Origin: Podarcis liolepis
Taxonomy: Eukaryota
Length of the DNA stretch: 64,000 bases
Assembly (NCBI GenBank): GCA_965112155.1
Contig: OZ218112.1
Strand: one strand, 5' to 3'
Positions 37,852 through 52,426 of the stretch are shown here, piece after piece. Made by a program: the position numbers and the translations under genes. Numbering within the stretch: the stretch's first letter is position 1; every line of letters begins with the position of its first letter. The notes below the pieces were generated by a model. The model worked only from the letters and a program-made list of their open reading frames with translations, did not search any database and had not been told where the DNA came from.

Positions 37852-40800
37852 TAAAAGGTCACCCATAATGTCGCTGATTACAGGAGAGGGCATGTCTGCA
37901 CTGTGCTGATAAATGGTGGGAGCCCATTGCTCATGTTGTACATGCTGAACCCATCCAGGATTGTGTTCTCTCTCTTTCCCGCTGTTGCTCTAAAGTATTA
38001 AACTCTGGTCAAATTCCAGCCTGCAGAGCAGAGGCCTAGAGCATTCATTCATTTATATGCCTCCTTTCCGTCAAGGCAGTTTTCAGCTTTAAAATACGGA
38101 AACAAATACATGGTATAAAGCACAGAGCGATATGAGTCCCCCTCAGGCCAGCTGAAAGCCTCTTCAGGAATGGATGGCGCATGCTTCCTGAACTTGGCCC
38201 TCCTTTCGGTCAACAAGCCCATCACACATTTTAAGCGCATGGCTTCACCCAAAGAATCCTGGGCACTGTACCTTACCAATATAGCTTACTACACGTTCCA
38301 GCACCCTTTGCAAACTACAGTGCCCAGGATTATTTGGGAGGAGCCAGGTGCTTAGCATGCGCAGTCTGGTGTCTTACTTCCCCACAGATCTTCCTTAAGC
38401 AGCCCCAAAGAAGTTGGAGAGAGGCTGCCGCCAATCTCTCTCTGGCCCGCTGATGGTTCTGTCAGGAGCCAGCAATATACCTCTCATCATCCTGGGCTTC
38501 CTCACTTCTGCCTGCAGGGAACTGATTCCAAACAGGCTCTTGTACGTCTGTGGTGGAACCTCTTCGCTCTTTACCGAGGCTCATAAACCAGCAGGCGCAG
38601 GAAGCGTCTCTGCCACTCCCCCTGCTGCTGTCGTGCAGCTTCTGAAAAACTTGTCACTCAAGCTAGAGGCGGTATCATCCTGTGCTAGCAAAGGAGGCTG
38701 GCAGGAATATGCCAGACTCGGGGAATAAACAGGCCTCTTTGAGCCAGCCAGGGGAGGGGACCAGGAGTAGGCAGGAGGGAGCTAACAGACCATTTTCTAA
38801 TGGCATGGCAGCAGGTGTGGGGTGCCTTCCCCTACCAGTGCATGTACCGGGGAGAATGTTTCCTTTTGGATATTACCTCACTGAAAGGCAATATCTGTTA
38901 CCTGTCGAGCTGGGAAGGCAAAGGATGCCCCTGTGGCCACTGGAACCCAATGAAACCATGCTGGAGAAGTATATATCGGAAGCAAAAAAAAGGGCTGACA
39001 TACAGCTTAGTGGTGAGGACAAGGTGGGCAGATGCAAGGGACAGTTTTAGCACATGGCTGCTTTTGTTATGCTACGGGGATGGGGAATAATGCTCAGTCG
39101 GAGGACCACATCCCTTTCTGTGCTGCTTTCCAGGGGCCACATGCTGGTGGTGAGCGGGGCAGGAGGCAAAAGTGCACAGAGCAATGAATGCCAGGTTTAC
39201 CTTTGTGCGGTTGGGTAGCTTGCATGTGCATGCATGTCCGTCCCTCTCTGTCCTCCACGCAGGCAAGCAAGAGTCCAGCCACATTCCAGCCAGGCAAAAG
39301 CATCCAAGGAGGAAGGTGCAAAGCAGGGGTAGTGAGGAATGTGTCCTGGGGAGAGTCCTGGGGACCTCGAGGGCTGCCTAACTCCCAGGGCCCTGAGCTT
39401 CCCCACCTTTAATTTAGTGAGCGCACAGAGGTGACCAAACTACTGCATAGTGAACACTTCCTTGCCCTGGCATCCTTGACGTGATCCTTTCAGGGCCAGC
39501 CAAGAGAATGGGGGGAGAAGATGTCGATGCAGTTTAATGAGCCCCACAAAGCTATTCTCACCACCACCCTCTTTCAGAAATAGCTACACGCTTGGCCCTT
39601 TTCTCAAGGACCTTTTGATGCATCTGTTCTGCAGCAGAATTGACACAAACCTTTGCCATTCCTGAGAAAGGGGCAAGTTGGCTGCCAGGAGGCAGCCCCT
39701 TTGCTGGAGACAGTCAGTGTCCCACTTGTGCAAACCTTCCATTTTGCTTGTGGGGTTTGTTTGTTTGCTTTTGCTTCATCTGTTCGTATTGCTCACTGGC
39801 TTCATCACAGGTGTCACAACCACGATCCACAGCTGAACATAGTGGAATTATTTCTCTTCAGCCAGGCCTTTGGCTGTTAGACAATCTATGGCCTTTTAAA
39901 CATGATTTTTTCTGTGTGTTTTTTAAAAAAAATATTATTTATGAATTTTGTGTTTTTATGTTGTAAATGCTCTGTGATCTTTGGACGAAGGGTGGTACAT
40001 ACATGCCCTGATAATGACAGAAATGCAGTAAATATTCAAAGAAAGCATTTGAGATATGGTTTCATGGTCACGCCTGCTCATCCAATCAATTGGCAAGGAG
40101 GTTGTTTGTTTGTTTTTAAATCCCGGCACATTAACTTCTGGTGTGTCTCAAGGGTAGGTGTGTGGAATCTGGGACCCTCCAAATGTCACTCAACACCAAC
40201 TTCCATGGTCAGGAAACATGAGGTTGTCCAGGAACATGTGGAGGGCTCCCAGTTCCCTCATCTCTGTCCTGGGAGCTCAGTATTAGTGGCTACTTGGTTG
40301 TAGGCTATGGGTTCCTCTCTTTAATTAGTGGGCTGTCAGCACCTTCCAAACCTGAACTCAGGAGGCAAAATGCTCCCTCCGGTTCCAGCCAATGTGTATA
40401 CAGGAGAGGTTGAAATGTGATCGCCTACATTTCACATGTCAATAAAAATCACATCGTTCTGTATTTTCCTGCAGTGGTGGCAGGGTGTGTGTTGGGGGTG
40501 GGGGCGATGCTTGGCAAGTGAAGGATGTGAAGTTCAATAGCACGAGCTCCAGCACACCGGCAAATCTGGTCCTGGGCACAGAAGAGGGGAAAGGAGGGAG
40601 CTGGAGCCTGGTAGTTCTTCAGAAGGGCAGTATGGGACAGGCACACCCCCGTGGCGTGCCGATGCAAAGGACAACCTGGAACGATTCCCCAGCAGATCGA
40701 TGTGGCTGCACAAGGAGATTTCCTAGCAGCCTGGAGATTTTATAAAAGCAGAACTTACAGGAAACGGGAGGCAGTACATGTGACTAAGGAGAAGGAAAGC

Positions 40801-43800
40801 ACAAAGCTGTCAGGACTGCATCCAACAAGGCGAAGGCCCAAGATGAGTCACAGTGAACAAACGGCGTTGGTTTGGGAGCAGAGAAAGGGAGACGTGTTAA
40901 GTGCCAGGGGGCCAGAACTAGACAGTGACGTGATGAGAGCTCCCAGTGACTTTTTCTTTGGTTAAAAACAGACACACACACAAAAAAAAACCACGTGTGT
41001 GCACACATATACGGGGAGAGAGCTAGCCTGTGTGTTTGTATCTGAGGAAGAGATGTGTCAACTGAGGATAGAGCCCTGTGAGAAGGGCTTCACCAAACCT
41101 GCAGTTCTCTTGGGGGGGGGATGCAGATACTTATATTGTGTTTTCCATAATAGCTCCTGGTAAGGGAGGAAGAGTGGATTTTTATATTGGGCCTGTGGGG
41201 TGGGAGGGGAGGGTTTTTAAAAACAACTGCCCTCCCCCAGTGCTGCTGCCCCCTATTCCACCCTCCTCCGGAAAAGGCACTGGAATATCTGGGCATAGGT
41301 CAGAATTCGTGCCCACCTAGGATGCCCCCCCCCACTGATAGGAAAGTGTCTGTGTGTTTGCTTCTGTTGTTAATGGGCTTCCAAAGTTTCAACTTGCTGC
41401 TTTTGTTAAAAAAAATAAGCCCTCAAACAGTAGCTATGACTTTGCTGATATGATCAGCAGAAGGAATGGACCCACGGTCCTCTTCTCATGGCATACATGC
41501 ATGCATATGTAGTTTATTTGTATATTTTTCCACAGTTCAAACCACGTTCAAGGCGGCTTGCAACATGAAAGAAAATACATAGCTGTGACATAACAAAAGC
41601 AATAAATAAAACGTTTAAAAAATGCATAATCAAACTGAACAATTTTCACATGTTCATCAAGATCTAAAATAAAGATACAAATAATAGCAATAACACCTCC
41701 CTCCCCCAAAAAAACACTCCCTAAACAATGCCCCAGCCCAAGTGTCTTTTCAGGAGCCTCAACTTTTGCAGTTGGAGTCAGTCTGGGCCCCAGCCTCCCA
41801 GTCCAGTTCTTCCAGGACTCACAGCCCAGATGGCAGCATCCGCAGATGAGGGCTGTGGGAGGAAGCTAGTTTTGGACTGGTTTTATATGCCCACTGACCC
41901 AGTTGTGATGCTGCAGGGAGGTCCCTGTGGGTTCCCTGCCTTTTTCCCTGGCAGTTTACTGATAAAAATAAGAACTGCTAAAACACAGAAAAAATAATAA
42001 TTTAAAAACAATTAAACATTGATAGAGTTTAAATTTTGTGTGTGTGTGTGTGTTCCAGCAATTACTATAAAAACAGCATGGCACCAGCCCTTTTCTTTAA
42101 AGCAGTTAGTTCCCAAAAGCCTCTTGGAACGAGGAAGTCTTCACCTGCTTGCAGAAGGACCACAGTGAGGGAGAGTGTCTCTCAGGAGGGAGTTCTGAAG
42201 TCGTCGGGGAGCAGCCACCACCAAGGAGGCCCTGTCCCGTGTGTGTGTCCTCCCCCCCCCCCAGCATGCCTGTAAGGGTGGTGGGACTGAGAGAAGGGCC
42301 CCTTCGTAATCCTTACAACAGATCTTTCTAAACTTTTCATGCTGGTGACACACTTTTTAGACATGCATCATCATTCAGTAATTCAGTTTCACTAGCAAAC
42401 TGGAAGTTAAACAAACCCCTTTCCAGCCCCGGCAGCAGTGCAGGGAGCGTTCGTGCAACACACCTGCACACCGCAGCTGACATGCTAACGTGTCACAACA
42501 CACAGTCTGGAAAACTGCCTTACAACACCTCTGTAAGGTAGAGGAGCATCATTATCACTGTGTAACAGTGGCTAGAGGCTTACTGAAGAAAAAAGACAGA
42601 GGGTGTGTGAATAAGTTTAGAAGAAGAAAAATGAGTGAGAGGGGACATGGCAGAGGTGTGTACACCTGGTGTGAAAGGGGGGGGGGAAGGATGAGAAGTC
42701 TTTTCCTCCCTCTCAGTGACCCTAGAACTTGAGGCCGCTCATGAAGCTGAATGTTGGAATGTTCAGAAGAGACAAAAGGAAAAACTCTTCACTGCATATA
42801 GTTCAGCATGTAGTTTTGCTCTCTTGCAATGCAGCGATGGCCACTCAATTGGACAGCTTTGAGAGAGGATTAGACAAATCCCTGAGGATCTGGCTGTGTT
42901 CTTTGCCCTTGGTCAGAGGCACTGTGCCTCTGAATACCTGGGAATTGCAGGTGGGGAGAGTGCTGTCTGTTGTGCTCAGGCCTGGTGTATGGGCTTCCAA
43001 TAGAGGCCCCCAGCTGGCCGCTGTGAAGTCATGGTGCTGGACTTTGGCCCAATCTAGCAGCCAGGCCCTCATTATGTTCTCATGGCTGGGGCAAGATTCA
43101 AACCAGGGATTTCCCCCAGCTCGTAGCTCGGTCTCTTTAGCTGCCCCAGCCTTGCGGGAGCCAGGATGCCTTCCAAGCATGCCCAACTGCACTTGAGTGG
43201 CTGATTCAAGACCTCCTCCACTCGGCGGATGCCCTGGAAAGCTTTGGTATAAGCCTTGCGATGACGCAGCGCCCTTGCAACGGTTGTTAAAATACCGACA
43301 GAAAATGTAGGCAAGAGGCAATTAACGCTGACGAGGTATGCAGCTGGTTGAGAGGATATTTTGCAGCAGGAGAGAGTGTGATTATAAATAGACATCTACC
43401 CCCCTCCCCAGGTCGGCAGCCAGGGGGCTTCTGCATCCAGAGAGACGAGGCCTGGCCTCGGTTCCCTGTGTGGCATTGCTCTTTTGGGGAGCCCAGGCCA
43501 AGCGCTGAGCGCTTCTGCCGCCGCAGAGGGAACGCTGCCCTCTGGCCCCTTCCCCTGTCTCAGCTGCGGAGGCTGCCGTTTCCTGGGGCCTTTTTGTATT
43601 CAGAGGACAAGCTGCATGGAAGGGGCCTTGGCACCCAGCCCAGCATTCCTCTGCCAGCCCCAGGCCCTTTGTGGGCCTGCTTCCTAGGCTCTGCATTGCC
43701 GTCGCCGCCCCCCCACCCCCACCACCGCCCCTGCCGCTTGTGTTCCCTCCAGCAAAAAGGCTTCTTTGTGCCACTGGGCATTGGCACGGAGCGGGGCCCA

Positions 43801-44762
43801 GCTGGGCAGGAAGCGAGGGCTGCTCCCGGTGGGATGCACAGGGTTAAGTGGTGTGGGGCTTTAACCCCCAAGCCGCCAGCCTGCAGCCTCCAAGACCCCT
43901 GCCTGCAGGAGGGAGGCCGCTGCCAACACCCCCTCCTCCCCTTCCTGCTTATTGTGGCGGGCAGGGCAGGACGGAGCCACACTTGGCCCTGCCTGAGCAT
44001 CCCGCCAGAGGCTGCTGCCGATGGGCTAGTGAACACTGGAGGGGGGGGGAGGCTTAAGCTAATGCCCCAGGGTGCCCCACACTCTGCAGCCAGGCCAGCA
44101 TCTAAGAAGAAAGTGGCACCCTTTCTTCCCATTTCTGGAGCCCAGCAACAGAAAGAGGGGCTGTTGGGTGTGTCTTGTCGCTTCTTGTGTTTCCCAGAAA
44201 TAGTTCAGGAGAGGCCAAAGGTCCGCAGGGCAGCATCAACTGTTCTCTCCCTTTAGAGCTAGCTTCTCGCAGAGGCTGATGGCTGCCACATTGTTTGTGG
44301 GCAGGAAAACAGGGTGGCATATTGTTTGTGTGTTTGTATGTGTGCATATATCATTTTTATTAAGTCTCCAGCAATATTTCAAAGCATTTGTCACCATATA
44401 CATTTTTTTAAAAACATGCAAGTTCCTTCTTGACTTCCCACCACCCTTCCTTTCCTGACGTTTGGTTTATACTCCTTTTTATAAGCTGTTTCGTAACACA
44501 TGTATTTTCATTATCTAAACCCCGCTACCATTCAATCTTTCATTCATCGGCTGTTCATATGCCAAATCCCGCCCACAACTTCATAGATTGCTGATATTTT
44601 GGTAGGTGATCCATCAGGGGTCTCTGTTCCACCGTAAACACTCTTGTCATGACACCCTCTTAATTCAGCAGTCAATTCTGCCGTTTCAGCACTTGTGGCA
44701 GGGTGGCATCCTAAGGGGCTCCTCAGCCTAGGCAGGAGAGAGAGAGAGAAGGTTGATGTTGA

Positions 44763-45596
<834 letters not shown>

Positions 45597-46031
45597 TAGG
45601 TTTCCACCACCCCCCTTCCCACCCCAGGGGCCAAGTAGGTGAGGGGTACCAGTCATCTCCCTAGTGGACGAACCTCAATCAAAAAAAGATGTGAGGGGGG
45701 TGCAGGACAGGGATGTGTAATGGTTGCAGGGGCTGTGTTACTTGCAAACTGTAGACACCTCCTGCCATGTTGCCTCCCTGTGCAAAGTTGTGCATTAAAC
45801 AGGTTGGTTGATTTTGGTGATGGGGCAGGAGGTTGAGACAAAGGCTACATCTCATTAGGCTGTGTAGGCATGAGGGTCCTAGGTCTGATCCCTACCTCCT
45901 TCAGTTAAAAGGGTTTCAAGTCAAAGAGGGCCACTTCCCATTGGGGTGGGTAGTACAGAATAAAAAGGATCAACCATCAGGCTAAGCAAAAGGTGGTTCT
46001 TCAAAAAAAGCCTCGTCTCCATCTGCCAGAG

Positions 46032-46340
46032 CAGGGGTGGGGAATCTTGGTCCCAGATGTGGCTCTTCAGGGCTCTCCATCTGGCCCTTGGGACTGTCTC
46101 TCCAGGTCACACCCCGCTATGGCCCTCCCTCTCATCCCTAGTGCTTCTGATTGGCTGGAACGTGTCCTTGAACTCCGGTAACATCTCAAGCATGTTTAGA
46201 TGGAGGGTGGGGAAGTGAATGCACAGCTTACTGGACAGAGGTTAGAATTACACATGTTGTTCCACCCACTTCACCTCTGGCCCACCCATGAGTGGCATGT
46301 TTTCCTCAGAAGCTTGCCTGAAAAAGTTTCCCCATCCCTG
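46032..46340. mobile_element. Old hAT-like MITE
   Basis: caggggtggggaa...ttccccatccctg termini; TSD degraded. Confidence 0.5.
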
Positions 46341-46516
46341 CCCTAGACTGAGCTCAGATTTACAGAACCAGAATTTCAGGGCCTGCCATTTAAATCAACC
46401 GCCTATGTTTTAATAGCTTGTTGCTTCTGCTTTGGTGTTAACTACCCCGGATAGGTCACTTGTCTTTCTAAGGCCTCTGAAGCTGGCATAGTGGTTCTTT
46501 TTCCCTCGAGGGCCCA

Positions 46517-46727
46517 GCTGGCGTAGTGGTTAAGAGTGTTGGACTAGGATCTGGGAGGGCAGGGTTCGAATCTCCACTCAGCCGTGAAGCTCACTGGGTA
46601 CAACCTTGGGCATCTTTTACCTTAACCTACCTCACAGGGTTGTTGTCAGGATGAGGTGCGCAGGAGAAGGAGCCTTGAAGTCCCGAGGAGGAAAAAGTGG
46701 CATATAAATGTGATAAATAAATAAAAA
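46517..46727 (+). mobile_element. tRNA-derived CORE-like SINE (reverse copy ~10640-10830)
   Basis: A box tggcgtagtggtt, B box ggttcgaatct, core cctacctcacagggttgttgt, and an (AAAT)n tail. Confidence 0.75.
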
Positions 46728-46871
46728 TCTGACAGTCTTTTAAAATGTATCTGTGAGAGGGTGTGTGTGTTATTGTTTTGGTTTAATCACCGTATTTACT
46801 TGTGCTTTAGCTTGTATTTTATTCTGTGAACCACCCTGGGATCCATTTATGAAGGGTGGTCCATAAATTTA

Positions 46872-46921
<50 letters not shown>

Positions 46922-46975
46922 TTGTCCAAAGTCACGTTGCTGACTTTGTGTTCCCTCTTTCTCTCACACTTCCAG

Positions 46976-47822
46976 GGACCCCAACAAGCCGGTGCCTCAG
47001 GACACCAAGTTCATCCACACCAAGGCCAACCGCTTTGAGGAGGTGGCGTGGTCCAAGTACAACCCCCGCGACCAGCTCTACCTGCACATCGGCCTCAAGC
47101 CGCGCGTGCGAGATCACTACCGCGCCACCAAGGTTGCCTTCTGGAAGCACCTGGTGCCGCACCTGTACAACCTGCACGACATGTTCCACTACACCTCCAC
47201 CACCACCAAGGTGCCGCCGCCCGACACTACCCAGAACTCCCACATCACCCGCCGGCCCAATGGCAAGGCCTGGAGCACCAAGCGCCCAGCCATCTCCACC
47301 GCCTACACCAGCGAGGGCTCACAGGAGAAGTGGAACCCGGAGCAGGACGGGGCGGGGACCCTTCTGGTGGAGAACCCCCGGGACTACTCCACCGAGCTGA
47401 GCGTCACCATCGCTGTGGGTGCCTCGCTGCTCTTCCTCAACGTCCTGGCCTTCGCCGCCCTCTACTACCGCAAGGACAAGCGCCGGCAGGACACGCACCG
47501 TCAGCCCAGCCCGCAGCGGGCCGCCAGCGCCGCCAACGACATCGGTCACACCCCAGAGGAGGAGATGCCATCGCTGCAGGCGAACCAGGCGCACCACGGC
47601 GACTGTGAGGCCCCCCATGACGCCCTGCGCCTTGCTGCCTTGCCCGACTACACGCTCACCCTTCGCCGCTCGCCGGACGACATCCCGCTCATGACGCCCA
47701 ACACCATCACGATGATCCCCAACTCCCTGGTGGGGCTGCAGACCCTGCACCCCTACAACACCTTCGCCGCCAGCTTCAGCAGTACTGGGCTCCCGCACTC
47801 ACACTCCACCACCCGGGTATAG
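46976..47822 (+). CDS. NLGN3: NLGN3 last coding exon (stalk, transmembrane helix, cytoplasmic tail)
   Basis: ttccag|G GAC CCC; TM segment [24 protein letters not shown]; gephyrin-binding [15 protein letters not shown]; PDZ ligand HSTTRV; TAG at 47820-47822. Confidence 0.97.
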
Positions 47823-49925
47823 CCTGCCCCAAGCACCCGTGCACTCCCCGTGCGCCCTCGCCGGACCTGGCACTGCCGGGGGGAGGGGGGAGTGGCCGCA
47901 AGGTGTGGCGAGCGTCCCTGGACTACTCGCCCTTTGGGGATTTCGTTTGTATCAAGTGCTTTGACTCTCCTGGAGGCCCGGCAAGGGTCTTGGCCGAGCA
48001 GAAGGGGGCCAAAAACTGCGACCAGAGCCGCCTCGCTCCCAGCTCCCGAGTCCAGACACTGTGCAGGAGGGGATCGGGGAGCCCTCTGAGCCTGCTGGAG
48101 GCCCCTCCCGGCACCTCCCCAGAGCCACAGGGCACCGCCTGGGGAACCCCAACTGTGGGCCTTGGGGTGGCTCCTGCCTGCCATTCCCTCCTTCCACTAG
48201 AGATTTACCAGTCAGTGCCATGGGAAAACAACTCTCGTGGGCTGAGTTGCCATGCCGAGACAGCGACTTGGGACCACATGCCAGGGAGCCCTGGGCAGGT
48301 GCAGTCCGGTGCCCAAAGCCCCAGTGCTGTGTCCTGGATATGTAGCCTGCGCTTGGTGCTGGGCCCAAACAGATGCTGTCCAGGTGGCTCTCCTCCCCCC
48401 CCCCCCGCCCCGTCCCCCGCAACCCTCACGCCTCTCCTTCGTGTCGTGGAGAAAACTTTTTTCCTGTCCGTCTGTTTCTTTCCAAGAGACGTTTTTTAAG
48501 CAGATCTTTAGTTCTTTAAAACACTAACGGAAGACGCCGTGTTTTGTCCTTTGTAAAGATTTTAAACTTAAGTGTTCTTGATATAAAAAAGCCAATTAGA
48601 CACACACACACATACACGCCACAAATACACAAACACACACACACAGAAAGAGAGAAGACCCCTCCCCATACACTGGGAAACACAGACATGCACCCACCAA
48701 TCCCATCTGTGCTGCAGCCCCCCTCTGCCCACCCCCGTGGCCCTGCCAGCATTGACCTGTGCCAAACCGAGAAACCAGCCAGACTTCCCTTGGGGCAGCA
48801 GTGGCCCCCCGCAGGCCACCAGGTCCTTTTGTACTTTTGATATGCCCTTCCGCAGCCATTCATTCCTGTATGTGACAACCAACCAACCTGTGGCCTGGAG
48901 GCACCCAAGGGATGGCCTAGTTCCTTCCGCCTCCTGCCTCTCCTCCATGCTGCCCACCCCCCAATTGCATTGGCCAGCCTGCCCCATTCCCCTCCCCACC
49001 CGCTGTGCCAAACCTCCCGTAGTTTTCAAACCCCTTTTGGAGCTTGGCCAAGCCCACCCTCCCATCCCCCTCAACCGCTCCCTGCTCCATGCCAGCCGGA
49101 CACACCTATCCTGGCCTCCCCAGCGCCTTGCCTTCTTGGGTTGGATCAGGCCAATGGACCTCAGTGGCATTAGGTGGGGCAGGAGAAGGAGGAGGCCAAG
49201 GGCAGGCTGGGCACAGAGAGGAGCAACCGGGAGGGTTGGGCAGGGGGGAGGGCAGCGCAGTGGAGATGGCAGGGGTGCTGCGTTGACGCACAATTGGCTT
49301 TCCTCGCCCACTGCAAAACCCAGGTGCTCAAGGTCATGAGGGAAGGCACAGAGGGCTGCGTTTGGTGGGTGGGGGGTGCTTCTGGCAGAGCTGGCAGAAA
49401 CTCAGCCGCCGGCCGATCTGGGGGACTGGGGTGCAGACAGCCCAAATATGGTTGGACCAGGGCTTGGACATTCGGTGGGGTGGGGTCTTGGAGGTCTGGG
49501 GAGGGGAATGGGGGTCCTGTGGTGGAGGCGGCACAGCCCTGCCGTTGGGCAGCAGGAGCTGGGCCCAGCTTGTGGCAATGGGGTGGGGCGGGGGCTGCGC
49601 AGGATTAAGGGAGAGGCAGGAGCACCGCCCAAGGGTCAGAGGGACACCGAGGCTGGGGAGGCTGCAGGGGTCACCCACATGGGGACTGAGCCGGGATGGT
49701 TTGGTGCCGCTTGTTTGCCCTCCCCCCCCCCTTTGGAAGCTGCAAACTCAACTTCAGGGGGCAGAGGGCATTTACGAGGGCTCTAGACCTGACCTGCCCC
49801 CCTGTCCCGCTTCAGAGGGTACCTTTCAGAGCCAGCAGCGGAAGGTGGGGTGCAGGCGAGCGGTTCTGGCTGAGAATGTATTTACGCGGCCCTGTCAATC
49901 ACCTGCGCAGAGGAAAAGAAATCCA

Positions 49926-49980
49926 AATAAAGCGGAAGGGGTATTTTTAGCTGTCTGCTGTCCTGTCTGCTTCTTGGGGG
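49926..49980 (+). terminator. Probable NLGN3 polyadenylation signal with GU/U-rich downstream element
   Basis: First AATAAA I find after the stop (49926-49931), followed ~20 nt later by ctgtctgctgtcctgtctgcttctt; implies a ~2.1-kb 3'UTR. Confidence 0.6.
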
Positions 49981-52426
49981 GGCGTAGGGGTTGGCACAGT
50001 GGGGGGGGGAGGACCATGGCTCCCCGTGCTCTTTGTTGTGGTAAGAGGGTGGGGAGCAGTGCAGCAGGGTCCATCTGGGCCCCCAGAGAACAACTCCTGC
50101 TCCCCAGAATTGCCCCGCATCCTTGTCAGGGGGTCAGAAGACCATTTTGACTTAACAGAGAACAGAGAAAGCCACCTGAGGCTGAATTGGTCCACCTAGC
50201 GAGCATCGCCTGCCCTGCCTTGCAGAGGCTGTTCAAGGTTCCAGCTAGAGGGCATCTGTGCTTGGAGCTTTCATTGGGAATCGAACCCCTGGGACTTCCT
50301 GCACACAGATGCTGTGCCACTGAGCAATATGCTCTAAAAACAGCCTAATCGAGGAGGACCACCACCGCCCAGCAAGAGGGTGACAACAAAGCCCAGAAAT
50401 AGGAAGCACCTTTTAAAAAGTGTTTTTAAATATATAAAAGTACATGAATAATGAGCATACCTTGCGCCCTGTGATTGCCTAGCAACCACCCCATCACACA
50501 CACAGAGAGAGACCCAATATCCCATCAAGCACAAAAATGACCAGAGATTGCTCCTTGCCTAGAAGCACAGAGAGAAGTGAGAGACGCTCCACTTGGTTGC
50601 ATGGATGGGAGAAAGAGACATTTCAGTTTTCAAGGCCCTGACCCAAACATTTCTACGTACTCCAGGGGCAACCCCACATTATTGCTCCTTCCACCCATTT
50701 TTTACCCCTTCAAGCCTAGGGCAAAGCTTCACCTGTTGAGTTTCTGCCTGCCCCACAGCTACTGCACTTTAGTAAAGCAGCGCTGCCCCCACTGCTGTTG
50801 TGTTTTCTTGCAAGAGATCCATCTACACCAAAACATGCCTGGGAGCAAACGTGGGGATTCTGCATGTATCTGGGCATGTGCAGTTGGGCCCGTCTAGGAG
50901 CAGGGGGGCAGAAGCATTGCATCCCTCCCTCCCTCTGCTCTTGCATCAGCCCAAGCGAAAGGGGCTCCCGGGTCCCTCAGCACATGCACGCACAGATGCT
51001 CTTTCCCTGATCTCCTTTCGTGCCCAGCCAAGGAGCTCCCGGTTTCATTTCTTTTTAATGCAATTTCTAATGGCGTTTCCATGGCAACCAGGAATTGAGG
51101 GCTGAGTCCTCTCCCAGCGAGCACATGGTCCGTTGCACCGGGCGAATGGCGTGGGGTGGGGGAAGAGGCAGGGAGCCGGGCACACACTCTGCACATGCAT
51201 GGACTGGCACTTGCCTATGTGCATCGGGGAAGGGGGAGCCCCAGAGGGCCGAAGGAGTGGCCCCTGATTCTCAAGAGCAAGGGGGCCAGGATAGGGAAAG
51301 GATTGCAGGCAGGCAGCTTTGGGGGCAGCCCAGGCTCTGCCAACTACCCACTGCTACAAGGACACTTCCTGGGACAGGAAGCTGCCTTCATTCCAAGCCC
51401 ATAGGCCCCTCTAGTTCAGTGTTTCCTGCACTGACTGGCAGCAGCCCTTCAGGGTTTGAGACAGGAATCTCTCTAATTCAAATAGGTTAAATTGGATATA
51501 TTGAATAGTACAGCATTTAAGGGTAAATATGGAAACCATGGAAGGGGAGGGCGATAAGTCAACAGATAAAGCAATTTACAGTTTATGTCAAAATATGGAA
51601 AGATATTTTTGTGGAAAATTAATAAGATTTTTTTAAAAAAATGAAATGGGAGTCTCTCCAGCCCTGCCTGGAGATGCCATTAAAAATCGTACCTGCGACC
51701 TTCTGCATGCAAAGCAAAAGCTCTACTGCTGAGCTGCAAATCTTAACCAACACCATAGGAGCCATGTCCTAGGGGCCAAGGTCCTTTTGGTCCCTGCAAT
51801 AAAATATTTGAGCAGACTGCCCCCTCCCAGCTTGAGGGGCACTGCCATTCATATGGTATGCATGTGCTGCATCTTGTGATTGCTTATGTGGAGCAGGCCT
51901 TACCTGCCCCACCCTAATATTTTATTCAAGTAGGCACCCCTGCCCCACACATCCCCTTGCACCAATTTGAAGAGATCAACTGAATGTGCATTGAAGGAAG
52001 CCCTGCTCCCAGTTACCACCTTCTTCTTTCTTCTTCTTTGGCGATCACTTGTAGCCGAGTAAGATTGTCTTCCATAAACACGGTTTTAACAATGAGTCCG
52101 TAAGTGACTGTGGAGGCCAATTCTGGACCCACATGTCCTTCCACAGTGGGGACATTGGTTCCCGGGCAGGAGTTGATCACAGTGTGACTATGCCAGGTGT
52201 GTCTTCCTCTTAGCAAGTTTCTCCCTTGTGTCCTGAGTTCAAGTGTCTCCAAAGCCCATGACACCTTTGGTAAAGGCTGTTCTCCAACTGGAGCACTCGC
52301 AGGCCAGTGTCTCCCAGTTGTCGGTGTTTATACTACTTTTTTTTAGATTTGCCTTGATACAGTCTTTAAACCTCTTTTGTTGACCACCAGCATTACGCTT
52401 TCCATTTTTAAGTTCGGAATAGAGTA

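Noticed and set aside
43348-44256. 302-aa intronic ORF (also the 200-262-aa ORFs at 48568-50150)
   Set aside because: GC-rich and low-complexity, with non-ATG starts where checked and no recognisable domain; expected by chance.
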